Origin: Fibrobacteria bacterium | Lineage (GTDB): Bacteria > Fibrobacterota > Fibrobacteria > UBA11236 | Length of the DNA stretch: 14,092 nt | Assembly: GCA_043732185.1 (NCBI GenBank) | Contig: JAYTHY010000041.1 | Location: 1-14,092 of the forward strand | Reading direction: 5' to 3' | In this document: piece after piece, positions 1 to 8,376 of the stretch | Layout of the letters: the number at the start of each line of letters is the position of its first letter | Position numbering within the stretch: position 1 is the stretch's first letter | The notes under the pieces: model-generated | Told to the model about the DNA's origin: nothing | The model's database searches: none | The model's input: the letters and a program-made list of their open reading frames with translations, nothing else | Translations under genes and position numbers: made by a program

Positions 1-1776
1 CGCGGCCCCGATGATGGTGGAATATACCTGGACCAGGAGCTGGGGCTTGCGCATCGGCGGCTGAGCATTCTCGATCTTTCCGCGCGCGGGCATCAGCCCA
101 TGACCAGTCGGGATGGTCGTCATGTGGTGTGCTTCAACGGTGAGATTTACAATTTTCTGGAATTGAAAAACCAGCACTTTTCCGGCGACACGGATTTTGT
201 CTCCCATAGCGATACAGAAGTGCTGTTGGCCATGTATGGAAAATTTGGTCCGGCTTGCGTGGAGCATTTCAACGGCATGTTCGCCTTTGCCATCTGGGAC
301 CGTCAGGAAAAATCGCTTTTTCTGGCCCGCGATCGATTGGGGAAAAAGCCACTGTATTATGCCTGGACGGCGGAAGGCTTGGCCTTCGCCTCGGAAATGA
401 AAGCGCTGATGCGCGTACCCGGCATCGACAAGTCCATTGTGGAACGGCTGCTGCCCATTTACATGACCTATGGCTATGTAGCCGGCGAACACACTTTGCT
501 GCAAGGTGTACACAAGCTGGCCGCCGGTCATCGCATGCTGATTAAAAACCGCAAAGTGGAAACGTCCCGCTACTGGTCCCCGACCTTTGCACCTGAATCG
601 GATCGCGGTGAAAAAGTGTATGTGGAGGAGTTCTCGAAACTTTTGGAAGACGCCACCCAGCTCCGGCTTCGCAGCGACGTTCCGCTGGGAATATTCCTGA
701 GCGGCGGTCTCGATTCCAGCGCCGTGGTTGCCATACTAAGCGGCAATCGCACTCAAAAACTGAAAACCTTTTCTGTGGCTTTTGATTTCGGCAAGGACTA
801 TGACGAAACGCCCCATGCCCGTAAAGTCGCCGCCCATTTCGGCACTGAGCACCATGATTTTTTTCTGACGCCCAAAGAATTCCAGGATTCCATCCCCACT
901 TATATCTGGCATATGGATGAACCGGTCTGCCAGGCTTCGGCCATTCCTCTCTATCATATCGCAAAGAAAGCCAAAGAATATGTGACCGTAGTGCTGTCTG
1001 GAGAAGGCGCCGATGAGTTATTGGGCGGATATGACATTTACAATTACATGCGCGTTCTCCAGAAATATCGACATATACCCGCAGCGGTTAGAAAGATGCT
1101 TTCTGCCTGTTTATTCCAGCCCCTGGGACTGCGCAAAATCCTGAAATACGATGCGCTAGCCAAACTGCCCCTGGAAAAAACCTATTACGGTGTCGACTTG
1201 TATTCCAGAAATGGAATCGACGCCCCGTTTACCAAAGCCTTTCGCAGCCGAATGGATGAATCGTATCTCGATACTTTCTCGGCCCAATTTCAAGACCCGG
1301 GGATTGCGGCGCCGCTTAATAAAATGCTCAGCTTCGACACCCGCACTTGGCTGGTAGACAACTTGCTCATGAAGGCAGACAAAATGAGCATGGCGCCGAG
1401 CCTGGAACTCCGCTGCCCGTTTCTCGATTATCGCTTGGTGGAATTTTGCGCTCGCCTGCCGCTCAAATACAAAATCCATGGCTTCGAAAAGAAATACCTG
1501 CTCAAACAGGCGATGAAGGAAAAACTTCCCGCTTCCATTTTAGAGAGAAAGAAGGTCGGCTTTCCAACCCCGCTCAATCATATGTTCCGTTCCGGTTTGG
1601 CGGAGTATGCCGGGGATGTGCTGCGCTCTAGCGCCTTTTTGAATCGGGGATATTTCGAAGGAAGCGCCGTGTCCACCTTGCTGGATGATCATCACGCCGG
1701 TAAAGGGGAACATCATCGAGAGCTGTGGCAATTGCTGGTTTTGGAACAATGGTTCCGAACTTTTGTGGATGCCTGA
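1..1776 (+). CDS. asnB: Asparagine synthase (glutamine-hydrolysing) family amidotransferase, 5'-truncated; probably amidates the polysaccharide
   Basis: The frame is open from base 1 (RGPDDGGIYLDQELGLAHRRLSILDLSARGHQPM), so ATG 100 is internal. Motifs: FNGEIYNF, SDTEV, GMFAFAIWD, ARDRLGKKPLYY, FASEMKAL, LSGGLDSS, VVLSGEGADELLGGY, DKMSMAxSLELRCPFLD, KKVGFPTP. The N-terminal catalytic Cys lies outside the window. Confidence 0.95.
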   Translation, partial: RGPDDGGIYLDQELGLAHRRLSILDLSARGHQPMTSRDGRHVVCFNGEIYNFLELKNQHFSGDTDFVSHSDTEVLLAMYGKFGPACVEHFNGMFAFAIWDRQEKSLFLARDRLGKKPLYYAWTAEGLAFASEMKALMRVPGIDKSIVERLLPIYMTYGYVAGEHTLLQGVHKLAAGHRMLIKNRKVETSRYWSPTFAPESDRGEKVYVEEFSKLLEDATQLRLRSDVPLGIFLSGGLDSSAVVAILSGNRTQKLKTFSVAFDFGKDYDETPHARKVAAHFGTEHHDFFLTPKEFQDSIPTYIWHMDEPVCQASAIPLYHIAKKAKEYVTVVLSGEGADELLGGYDIYNYMRVLQKYRHIPAAVRKMLSACLFQPLGLRKILKYDALAKLPLEKTYYGVDLYSRNGIDAPFTKAFRSRMDESYLDTFSAQFQDPGIAAPLNKMLSFDTRTWLVDNLLMKADKMSMAPSLELRCPFLDYRLVEFCARLPLKYKIHGFEKKYLLKQAMKEKLPASILERKKVGFPTPLNHMFRSGLAEYAGDVLRSSAFLNRGYFEGSAVSTLLDDHHAGKGEHHRELWQLLVLEQWFRTFVDA

Positions 1777-1777
1777 T

Positions 1778-2833
1778 TCAATCCCGTTCGAGGGAGGGCT
1801 TGGAGCTGCTTTTCAACCGCCACCGAATATACCGTAGGATTTCCAAAAACCCGGACATCTCCGCTTCAAATTCAAGCTGGGTGATATTCTCACCATCCAA
1901 AAACCGCTTCAGGGCAAGCTTGGGAGTGCGCGGGGTGTTGAAGCCTGTATCGCAAGTGGTGGCGCTTTGGACGCCTGCCGCCGTCAGCCAAGGTCCATGT
2001 TCCGGTTGCCATATGCCACTGGGATAACAGAAATGATTCAGCGTTCCAGTGGTCAGCGGCGCCAGCGCACGCCGGTTTTCCTCCACTTCCCTAATCGTAC
2101 CGGACTTATCCACGGGCAGCCGATGTCGATGGGTATGCAGTTGTACGTCGATGCCGGACTCGGCGATTTTTCGCACCTCTTCCGGGTTCATCAAGTTCAT
2201 GAGCCGCGATTTTTCCAAAGCGGAATAATCCACTGATAGCCGTTGGGCGAGTATGCGTATCAAATTATCTCGGTCGGCCTCATTCGCCAGAGTTTCACCG
2301 TGTAGGTAGACGCGTTGTACGAGATTCGTTTTTCCGCTGTCGTCCAATTCAGCCCAAGAGGCATTGAAGGCAATTCCTAAATCGGACAAGTCCATTTGTT
2401 TCACCGTCGATTTCCAAAACAGGTACTGGACGGCAAGCCGAAAAACGGGCACTTGATTCTGCATGTAATAGCTGGTCACGTATACAGTGGCCTTAAAACC
2501 AAACCGCTTCAATATATCTAGTGCTACGGAATAGAAATCATAGAAGCCATCATCGATGGTGATAACGGTGGCCCCAGCCGGAAGGCTGCCCGTATCCATC
2601 AATGCCAATGCTTCACCAAGGCCCAGTACTGGGTAGCCTGACTGTCTTAGGTATTCCATTCGGGTGGAAAAGGTTTCCGGGCGCATGAACAACAAAGGCT
2701 TGAATGCGAATTCGTCTTGCATTGCGAATCCGTGGTAACAGAGGATGCGCAGTTGCCCACGTGTTACGGTCCGTGTCAGGTGAAAAAGACCCAAGGCCTT
2801 GCTGATGGAAAGAAACATCGATTTTGCATTCAT
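1778..2833 (-). CDS. Polysaccharide deacetylase (NodB/CE4-like, IcaB/PgaB type)
   Basis: Motifs ILCYHG, ITIDDG (TFDDG-like), LHTHRH metal-binding motif, FCYPSG. The start overlaps the flippase stop (ATGA, 2830-2833). Confidence 0.9.
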   Translation of the reverse strand: MNAKSMFLSISKALGLFHLTRTVTRGQLRILCYHGFAMQDEFAFKPLLFMRPETFSTRMEYLRQSGYPVLGLGEALALMDTGSLPAGATVITIDDGFYDFYSVALDILKRFGFKATVYVTSYYMQNQVPVFRLAVQYLFWKSTVKQMDLSDLGIAFNASWAELDDSGKTNLVQRVYLHGETLANEADRDNLIRILAQRLSVDYSALEKSRLMNLMNPEEVRKIAESGIDVQLHTHRHRLPVDKSGTIREVEENRRALAPLTTGTLNHFCYPSGIWQPEHGPWLTAAGVQSATTCDTGFNTPRTPKLALKRFLDGENITQLEFEAEMSGFLEILRYIRWRLKSSSKPSLERD

Positions 2834-4365
2834 CGCATTCCCAAAACGCTTTTGATTTTACCAAACAGTAAAATCCGACTCGGCCCATCCACCACCGCAA
2901 TCAGGGCGAGGCTGACATATACTACGGAAATTAGGGTCCCGCTTGCCATGAGATTCAGCCAACTTGTTACCGGAAGCACCCTAGCAAGTGAAAAACCTAA
3001 AATGCAGGTTGAAATGAGTATCGCTAGATTGGCTAGCAGGCTCTCTTTCCAAAGCCTCCCCAAACTTATACCGGTGGCCTTGGTCATTAGCAATGGGAAA
3101 ACCAATCCGTCCGTGATGACTTGCGGAATCAAGGTACCCAACGCTACGCCGATAATACCAAACTTTTTTATAAGAATAATGCTAAGGATCAAATTGGCCA
3201 GTGCTTCGAGCACAACCACTTTGGCCATGGCTTTGTTGCGCTTTTGTGCAAATAGAATTTGGCGGGACACGGTTTGCGAGAGGTAAAAAGCTTGGGACAG
3301 GGCGAGTAGGGAAAGCACCGTGCCGCTGGAACCGTAAATGCCCCCTTCCACATATTTGGCTCCCATCCAAATGGTTAGAAAGGGATTGCCAAGCACAAGT
3401 ACCAGCGCGACCAAAAGACCAACAATGCAAAAAATGTATTTGGTACCCATTAAGTACAGGGTGTTGATCGATTTGGATTGGTTGTTGGCATCGAATCCCG
3501 CGGCAACTTGCATCAAGGGTTGGCCCAGCGCGGCAATCACTCGGCTCATATAAGGAACCAAATTGGCTCCAATGGCATAGTAGGTTACGGCGATACTGTC
3601 CATCATCAAGCCAATCAAAAAGGTATCCGCAAAGAAAATCACCTGGTTGGAAACGTTGATAAGAAAACTGAAAGCTCCGAAATTTCGAATCTCGATAAAG
3701 GTGCTTTTGCTGAACTGCTTCCGATTAATCGAAAGGCCGGGCACCAGTTTTTTGGACCATGCCCACCAGAGCAGTCCCTGGGCCATTTCTCCACCTGCCG
3801 TGATAAGCCCCAAGTACAGCAGCCCCAAGCGCGCTTTAAGAGAAAGCAGAATCAAGACGAAGGTCAGGATCCGGACCACAATCACCACAAAATTTGAAAT
3901 GTCGTAGCGTTGGCTTCCCGCCAAAAGCGCATTGAATACACCGGCCGGAAATTGCGCCGCCACGCCTACCCCAACTATCGTTACCGTGGCGCTGACTAGG
4001 TATCGGGAAGATTCCTCGATTTTGAACATGCCGGGAAATACCAGGGAGATGAGAAAAGAAAAAGCGACGATGACAAGGCCGAGAACGGAAAGCGATATCA
4101 GCGCTGTGTTTACCAATTCATTTAGTTTTTCTTTTTCACCATTGGCCAGGTAACGGGTAACATACACGATCACGGCCGAACGAATTCCCATATCGATGAA
4201 ACCGTAATACCCGGTGAAGGTCATGATCAAAGTCCAAAATCCGTAATCCTTGTCGCCCAACGAGCGCACCAGGTAGGGCGATATAGCCAAAGCGATAATA
4301 GCCCCGACCACAAATGCAGCCCAATTGGATAAGGCGTTTTTCAAATACTGTTTTTTGTCAAACAT
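2830..4365 (-). CDS. wzx: Wzx-like oligosaccharide flippase / polysaccharide biosynthesis protein (MOP/PST family)
   Basis: 511 aa with about 12-14 hydrophobic segments. N-terminal KNALSNW...SPYLVRSLGDKDYG...DMGIRSA pattern, D-x-x-L-I-G...YY in the second half, and NLILSIILIKKFGIIGVALGT near the C-terminus. Confidence 0.85.
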   Translation of the reverse strand: MFDKKQYLKNALSNWAAFVVGAIIALAISPYLVRSLGDKDYGFWTLIMTFTGYYGFIDMGIRSAVIVYVTRYLANGEKEKLNELVNTALISLSVLGLVIVAFSFLISLVFPGMFKIEESSRYLVSATVTIVGVGVAAQFPAGVFNALLAGSQRYDISNFVVIVVRILTFVLILLSLKARLGLLYLGLITAGGEMAQGLLWWAWSKKLVPGLSINRKQFSKSTFIEIRNFGAFSFLINVSNQVIFFADTFLIGLMMDSIAVTYYAIGANLVPYMSRVIAALGQPLMQVAAGFDANNQSKSINTLYLMGTKYIFCIVGLLVALVLVLGNPFLTIWMGAKYVEGGIYGSSGTVLSLLALSQAFYLSQTVSRQILFAQKRNKAMAKVVVLEALANLILSIILIKKFGIIGVALGTLIPQVITDGLVFPLLMTKATGISLGRLWKESLLANLAILISTCILGFSLARVLPVTSWLNLMASGTLISVVYVSLALIAVVDGPSRILLFGKIKSVLGMR

Positions 4366-4407
4366 AATTATGCATGAAGCAAATTTTCAAATTGGACCTG
4401 TGACTTC

Positions 4408-5376
4408 TTATCTCAATTGGAATAGTCCACGATAGGTTAGACTCAATTCCTGATCGGTTAAAGGGAAAAGTGTTTTTTTTCCAAGAAAAAAATAGCCCGT
4501 GGCACAATCATAAGCTCCTGCTTTGTGGAGCAGAATTCCATCGACATGTTTCAACCAAAAAGCGGTGTAATGCGCGAACAGGTGCGCAAAAATACGCCCC
4601 CATCGGCCGGAAAAAAAAGTCATTAGAAAATATTTGTATGCCAGAGCCAAGGCCGTACCCGGACCGCTGACAGGGCCGCTGGAGATTTCAGAAAAGCTCC
4701 TGAATAGAAACCGGTGTCCCACGTGGGAATATCGGTGCAAATCATACCTGCCGCCATGACCGGGAAAAAGGAAGGGCGTTTCGCAGTAGACTAAGCCTTC
4801 CGGTTTCAAAACCCGGTGGATCTCTTCGATTGCGCGCTTTGGGTCAACGAGGTATTCGGTCACCGCTTGGATCAGAACGCCATCCACGGATAGGTCCATT
4901 AGAGGCAGAGCTTGCGCATCATTGATGAGATTGGTGCGTGGACCCAAATAAATATCCGATTCGATAAAACGGATATCAGGGTTGTTTAAGTATTCGGAAA
5001 GCCCCTGGCCCACGGTACTGCCGCCAATGATCAATACCAATGGTTTGGAATTGATGGCCAGAATTAAACCGAAAAATTCCTTTAGATTGTCGCCCGCCAC
5101 AAAATTTTTAGTGATGGGGGGAACCAATATATTTTCCAACCGACGGCGGAAAGGAATCTTAGTTGCAATTTTTTGGCCCTCCATCTGTTTAACAATTTCG
5201 ACAATTGAAAACAGGCTGCGGTTTTCATTAATAAGAATGGGAACGCCTTGTACAATTGGAAAACACGCCTGGCATTTTTCTCCCTGACATTTAATTTCCT
5301 TCTCATTCCAGCCAAAACAACTGAAACAAATAGGACAACGCAGATGGTCCTGGAATTCCTGAATTTTGGTTTTCAT
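4408..5376 (-). CDS. Class I SAM-dependent methyltransferase-like protein with N-terminal Trm112-like zinc ribbon
   Basis: N-terminal LRCPIC...IKCQGEKC...FPIVQGVPILI. Methyltransferase-11-like motifs VLIIGG, DAQALPLMDLSVDGV, AVTEYL.DP, EIHRVLKPEG, TPFLFPGH...DLHRYS. Confidence 0.8.
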   Translation of the reverse strand: MKTKIQEFQDHLRCPICFSCFGWNEKEIKCQGEKCQACFPIVQGVPILINENRSLFSIVEIVKQMEGQKIATKIPFRRRLENILVPPITKNFVAGDNLKEFFGLILAINSKPLVLIIGGSTVGQGLSEYLNNPDIRFIESDIYLGPRTNLINDAQALPLMDLSVDGVLIQAVTEYLVDPKRAIEEIHRVLKPEGLVYCETPFLFPGHGGRYDLHRYSHVGHRFLFRSFSEISSGPVSGPGTALALAYKYFLMTFFSGRWGRIFAHLFAHYTAFWLKHVDGILLHKAGAYDCATGYFFLGKKTLFPLTDQELSLTYRGLFQLR

Positions 5377-5391
5377 TACGGTAGGGAAAAG

Positions 5392-6501
5392 TTATTTCCC
5401 GGTGAGGAACGCTTCCATAATCGCCACGATGCGTTCACTGGCCTTTCCGTCCCAGCCGGAGGGAAGTGCGCCTTGCTTCCATTTTCCATCCAGCACCCGG
5501 CTCACGGCTTGCAACAGTTTTTCCGGTGACGTGCCTACCAGCTCATTGGTCCCAACGGTTACGGTCACGGGCCTTTCTGTATTTTCCCGGATGGTGATGC
5601 AGGGGATGCCGAGCGCCGTGGTTTCTTCCTGAAGGCCGCCGGAATCCGTCATGACAAAACGCGAGTTGGCATTGAGTTTTAAGGTCTGATGGTAATCGAG
5701 CGGCGGACAGAAAATCAGATTGTGCATGGCTTTGACTTTATCCGACATTCCGAATTTTTCAATCATGGACAGAGTACGGGGGTGAGCGGGGAAAACCACT
5801 TTGAGGCGCTCCTGGATTTTTCCAAATGCCTCGAACAGGGCGCGTAGGATTTCCGGATTGTCCACATTGGATGGCCGGTGCAAGGTCAGCAGGCAGTACT
5901 GGCCAGCCTGTACTTTCAGGTCCTGGAGAATGGTGTTTTTTTCTGCGGCTTCACGGTTTTGGAACAGCGTGTCGATCATGACATTGCCGACAAAATGAAT
6001 TTTGTCCTCGGCCACTCCGCAGCGCAAAAGGTTGTCGCCGCCTTCTTGTTCCGTGGTGAAAAACAAATCGCAAATGGAATCGGTGACGATCCGGTTGACC
6101 TCTTCCGGCATGCGCATATCGCCGGAGCGCAAACCGGCTTCGATATGAGCCACGGGAATCCATAATTTTTTGGCGACAATCGTGCAGGCCAAGGTCGAGT
6201 TGACGTCCCCGACCACAACTACCAGGTCCGGCTTTTCCTTCAGGCAAACTTTTTCGAATTCGACCATGATTTTTGCCGTTTGCTCGGCATGGCTGCCGGA
6301 CCCCACACCCAGATCCACATCGGGATGCGGTATGCCTAACACATCGAAAAAGGATTGGGACATTTTTGCATCGTAATGCTGTCCGGTATGCACAAGGAAA
6401 GGCTTTAGACCTCCGGACTTGGCGATGGCGGCCATCACAGGCGCGATTTTCATGAAGTTGGGCCGGGCTCCGCACACGAGCAGGACTTTAGGTGGGTTCA
6501 T
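5392..6501 (-). CDS. wecB: UDP-N-acetylglucosamine 2-epimerase, non-hydrolysing (WecB/WbpI family)
   Basis: Motifs GARPNFMK, VHTGQHYD, VVGDVNST, AHIEAGLRS, MPEEVNR, TLHRPSNVD, TDSGGLQEE, RENTERP, WDGKASERI. The start is reassigned to ATG 6501 (MNPPKVLL), which overlaps the upstream TGA (TGATG). Confidence 0.93.
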   Translation of the reverse strand: MNPPKVLLVCGARPNFMKIAPVMAAIAKSGGLKPFLVHTGQHYDAKMSQSFFDVLGIPHPDVDLGVGSGSHAEQTAKIMVEFEKVCLKEKPDLVVVVGDVNSTLACTIVAKKLWIPVAHIEAGLRSGDMRMPEEVNRIVTDSICDLFFTTEQEGGDNLLRCGVAEDKIHFVGNVMIDTLFQNREAAEKNTILQDLKVQAGQYCLLTLHRPSNVDNPEILRALFEAFGKIQERLKVVFPAHPRTLSMIEKFGMSDKVKAMHNLIFCPPLDYHQTLKLNANSRFVMTDSGGLQEETTALGIPCITIRENTERPVTVTVGTNELVGTSPEKLLQAVSRVLDGKWKQGALPSGWDGKASERIVAIMEAFLTGK

Positions 6502-7229
6502 CAGCGTCCATTCACTGCGAGATAGGTTAAATAAGCAGTAAGACCGGTGGTGGTTATGGCCGCGACCTGGGCCGTAATCGTCAAGGATTCCCGGAACCAA
6601 TACCAGAATCCAGCTTGCGGATTGGGGATCGGTATCACAAAAATATCGCCGGATCGGACACCGGCTCGGCGCAGAGAGGTTCCACGGGAGAATTCATCCA
6701 ACAAGGAAATACTGAGCACCTGTTTGCCCCGCATGACGCGCCATTTGAAAAGATTCACTTCACTGCCTGGTCCCCCCGCCAAACGGCAGGCATCCCACAC
6801 TGAAGCTTCGGAGCCAACATACAGCATACCAGGCTTTTGCCAAAGTCCCAGCAAGGTCAGACGAATGACGGGCGTGGCCATGATATGTGTATCGCGCAGG
6901 TACGAAGCCATTTTCTGCCCCAAGTAGGTTTCAACAGTCTCGGTGGTTTTTCCATTTACATACATGCGCCCGATGATGGGAAGATTGGCATAGCCTGCCG
7001 AGTCGATGGAGAATGCGCCATTAAGAACCGAAGTGGTATCCAGCGGGACCTTGATGATCATGGCCTCATTGGCCTGAAACACGCCTGTGGTTCTGGTTTC
7101 CACAGTAGTTGCGTTGGAGTCCAACTCCGATCCCAGAGACATGGGTGCGGTAGTGGATATAATAAGGGCGAGGAGCATCCACGCACCATTAGTGGAACAA
7201 ATGCGGTGTAAAAGTTTAAGCTTAAGCAT
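6501..7229 (-). CDS. Polysaccharide export (OPX/Wza-like) protein: Poly_export domain, one SLBB domain and a C-terminal helix
   Basis: N-terminal signal-like segment. FSIDSAGYANLPIIGRMYVNGKT matches the PES motif, LLGLWQKPG...DACRLAGG is SLBB-like, and VRSGDIFVIP follows, then a hydrophobic/amphipathic C-terminal helix. The start is uncertain (ATG 7229 preferred over GTG 7262). Confidence 0.75.
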   Translation of the reverse strand: MLKLKLLHRICSTNGAWMLLALIISTTAPMSLGSELDSNATTVETRTTGVFQANEAMIIKVPLDTTSVLNGAFSIDSAGYANLPIIGRMYVNGKTTETVETYLGQKMASYLRDTHIMATPVIRLTLLGLWQKPGMLYVGSEASVWDACRLAGGPGSEVNLFKWRVMRGKQVLSISLLDEFSRGTSLRRAGVRSGDIFVIPIPNPQAGFWYWFRESLTITAQVAAITTTGLTAYLTYLAVNGR

Positions 7230-7268
7230 GGGATCAAAATTACTATTTACTGGCCCAAACACTAGGCT

Positions 7269-8306
7269 TCAGGCGGAAATGTACCCTCTTAACCTAGGTC
7301 CAAGCGCATTGGCAATGGGCAGTGGCAGGCGCGTCCAAATCGCGCGCGTCCAACCCAACTTTCCTGACCCCACATGGTTTACCGTTTCCATGACCTGGCC
7401 GAGTGCATCGAATGGATACCAATGGAGTGGCTTTTCCTGGGCGAGCCATTGCTGTTTGAATTTGTAAGTGCCTTCATGCTTGGAACTGCGTCCAAAATCC
7501 ACGAGGCGGCATTTTTTTTCAAAGGCATACCGGATACTTTCCCAATAGAGGGCGTTGTTGGCGCAATGCACCCGTTCCTCCTTGAGCGTCGAGGCCCAGG
7601 GAATAACCAGCGCGTCTTTCCACAAAATACGGAATAGCCCACCGATGCAACGACCAGCGCGATGTGCTGTGCCGATTTGGGCACCGGGGAGATGCTTGAG
7701 TATCGTTTCAAAAAAAAGTCGAGAATGGGTGGGCGATCCAAGGTCGCGCATATTGACGCAGAAAACCCGATAGAAATCATCGAGTCTTTCCAAGCCACCC
7801 CAGAAAACCTGTACCTGTGATTTTTCCGCCTTGCGCACTTGGTTGCGTACTTTGGCATCCAGGCTTTTCCAATAGAGGTCTGCGGCCGTTGGAGTTTTAT
7901 CCAAGTTAAGCAACATGGCCACTTTTATATTTTCGGGTTCAGGCAATCCGATAAGAGCCGGAAGGCTGCGGATTTCCAATTTCGCCTTACGGGATTTGGC
8001 TTCGACCAGCAACTTTTCTCTTAAGGCGATTTCCGTTTGGGCATCCATGGCCAGAATCCCGCCATAATCCAGATAAGGCAGGCTGACAATATTTCTTCCT
8101 AGACCCGGCGCTCGCATATAACAGGCGGGTGCGAGCCCCTGTACACGGCCCTGCTCATCTACGGAGACTAAGGTAAACGCTTCCTTGCCATACGATTCAC
8201 GTATGATATCGGCCCAAACGGGATCATGCGTGTACAAAGCATCGTCCGAGCGCTCTAAAAAATCCCGGCAGGATTTTTCCAGGCTGGGATCAAAAATTCG
8301 GATCAT
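7269..8306 (-). CDS. FemAB-related GNAT-fold protein, PEP-CTERM/XrtA system-associated type
   Basis: Motifs SLPYLDYGG, LDAKVRNQVRKAEK, FYRVFCVNMRDLGSP, NNALYWE, DFGRSS.EGTYKFKQQW, WTRLPLPIANALGPRL. ATG 8306 is preceded by the SD-like GGGAGCAGG. Confidence 0.88.
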   Translation of the reverse strand: MIRIFDPSLEKSCRDFLERSDDALYTHDPVWADIIRESYGKEAFTLVSVDEQGRVQGLAPACYMRAPGLGRNIVSLPYLDYGGILAMDAQTEIALREKLLVEAKSRKAKLEIRSLPALIGLPEPENIKVAMLLNLDKTPTAADLYWKSLDAKVRNQVRKAEKSQVQVFWGGLERLDDFYRVFCVNMRDLGSPTHSRLFFETILKHLPGAQIGTAHRAGRCIGGLFRILWKDALVIPWASTLKEERVHCANNALYWESIRYAFEKKCRLVDFGRSSKHEGTYKFKQQWLAQEKPLHWYPFDALGQVMETVNHVGSGKLGWTRAIWTRLPLPIANALGPRLRGYISA

Positions 8307-8340
8307 GAAACCTGCTCCCGGCGTTAACCGGGCCACATAA

Positions 8341-8376
8341 TAAAAACTTTTAAGCCCGACGCCCTGTAAATCGGGC
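8341..8376 (-). terminator. Possible weak intrinsic terminator/attenuator at the 3' end of the PEP-CTERM gene
   Basis: The minus strand reads GCCCGAT-TTACAGGGC-GTCGGGC (6 Watson-Crick pairs plus one G-U pair), then TTAAAAGTTTTTA. The U-tract is interrupted. Confidence 0.3.

Noticed and set aside
100..102. ATG 100 as the asnB start
   Set aside because: The upstream in-frame sequence encodes the conserved RGPD and HRRLSI.D motifs, so the true start lies outside the window.
2717..3286. 189-aa plus-strand ORF and the many other short alternative-frame or antisense ORFs (e.g. 5951-6475, 7379-7858, 8380-8838, 10380-10712)
   Set aside because: They lie within well-supported genes, have no recognisable motifs, and are expected shadow ORFs at this GC content.
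4366..4407. Possible internal promoter upstream of wzx (TTGAAA...CATAAT; TTTGC)
   Set aside because: The sigma-70 spacer would be 12 nt, and there is no GG at the correct distance for sigma-54.
4473..4618. 8-nt homopolymer runs (T8 4473-4480, A8 4611-4618; also A8 7710-7717) as phase-variation tracts
   Set aside because: The runs are short A/T tracts explained by Lys/Phe codons, and the reading frames are intact.
6502..6600. 33-aa N-terminal extension of the epimerase in the ORF track
   Set aside because: It overlaps the OPX gene by about 100 nt. Family similarity starts at MNPPKVLL, and ATG 6501 forms a TGATG coupling with the upstream stop.
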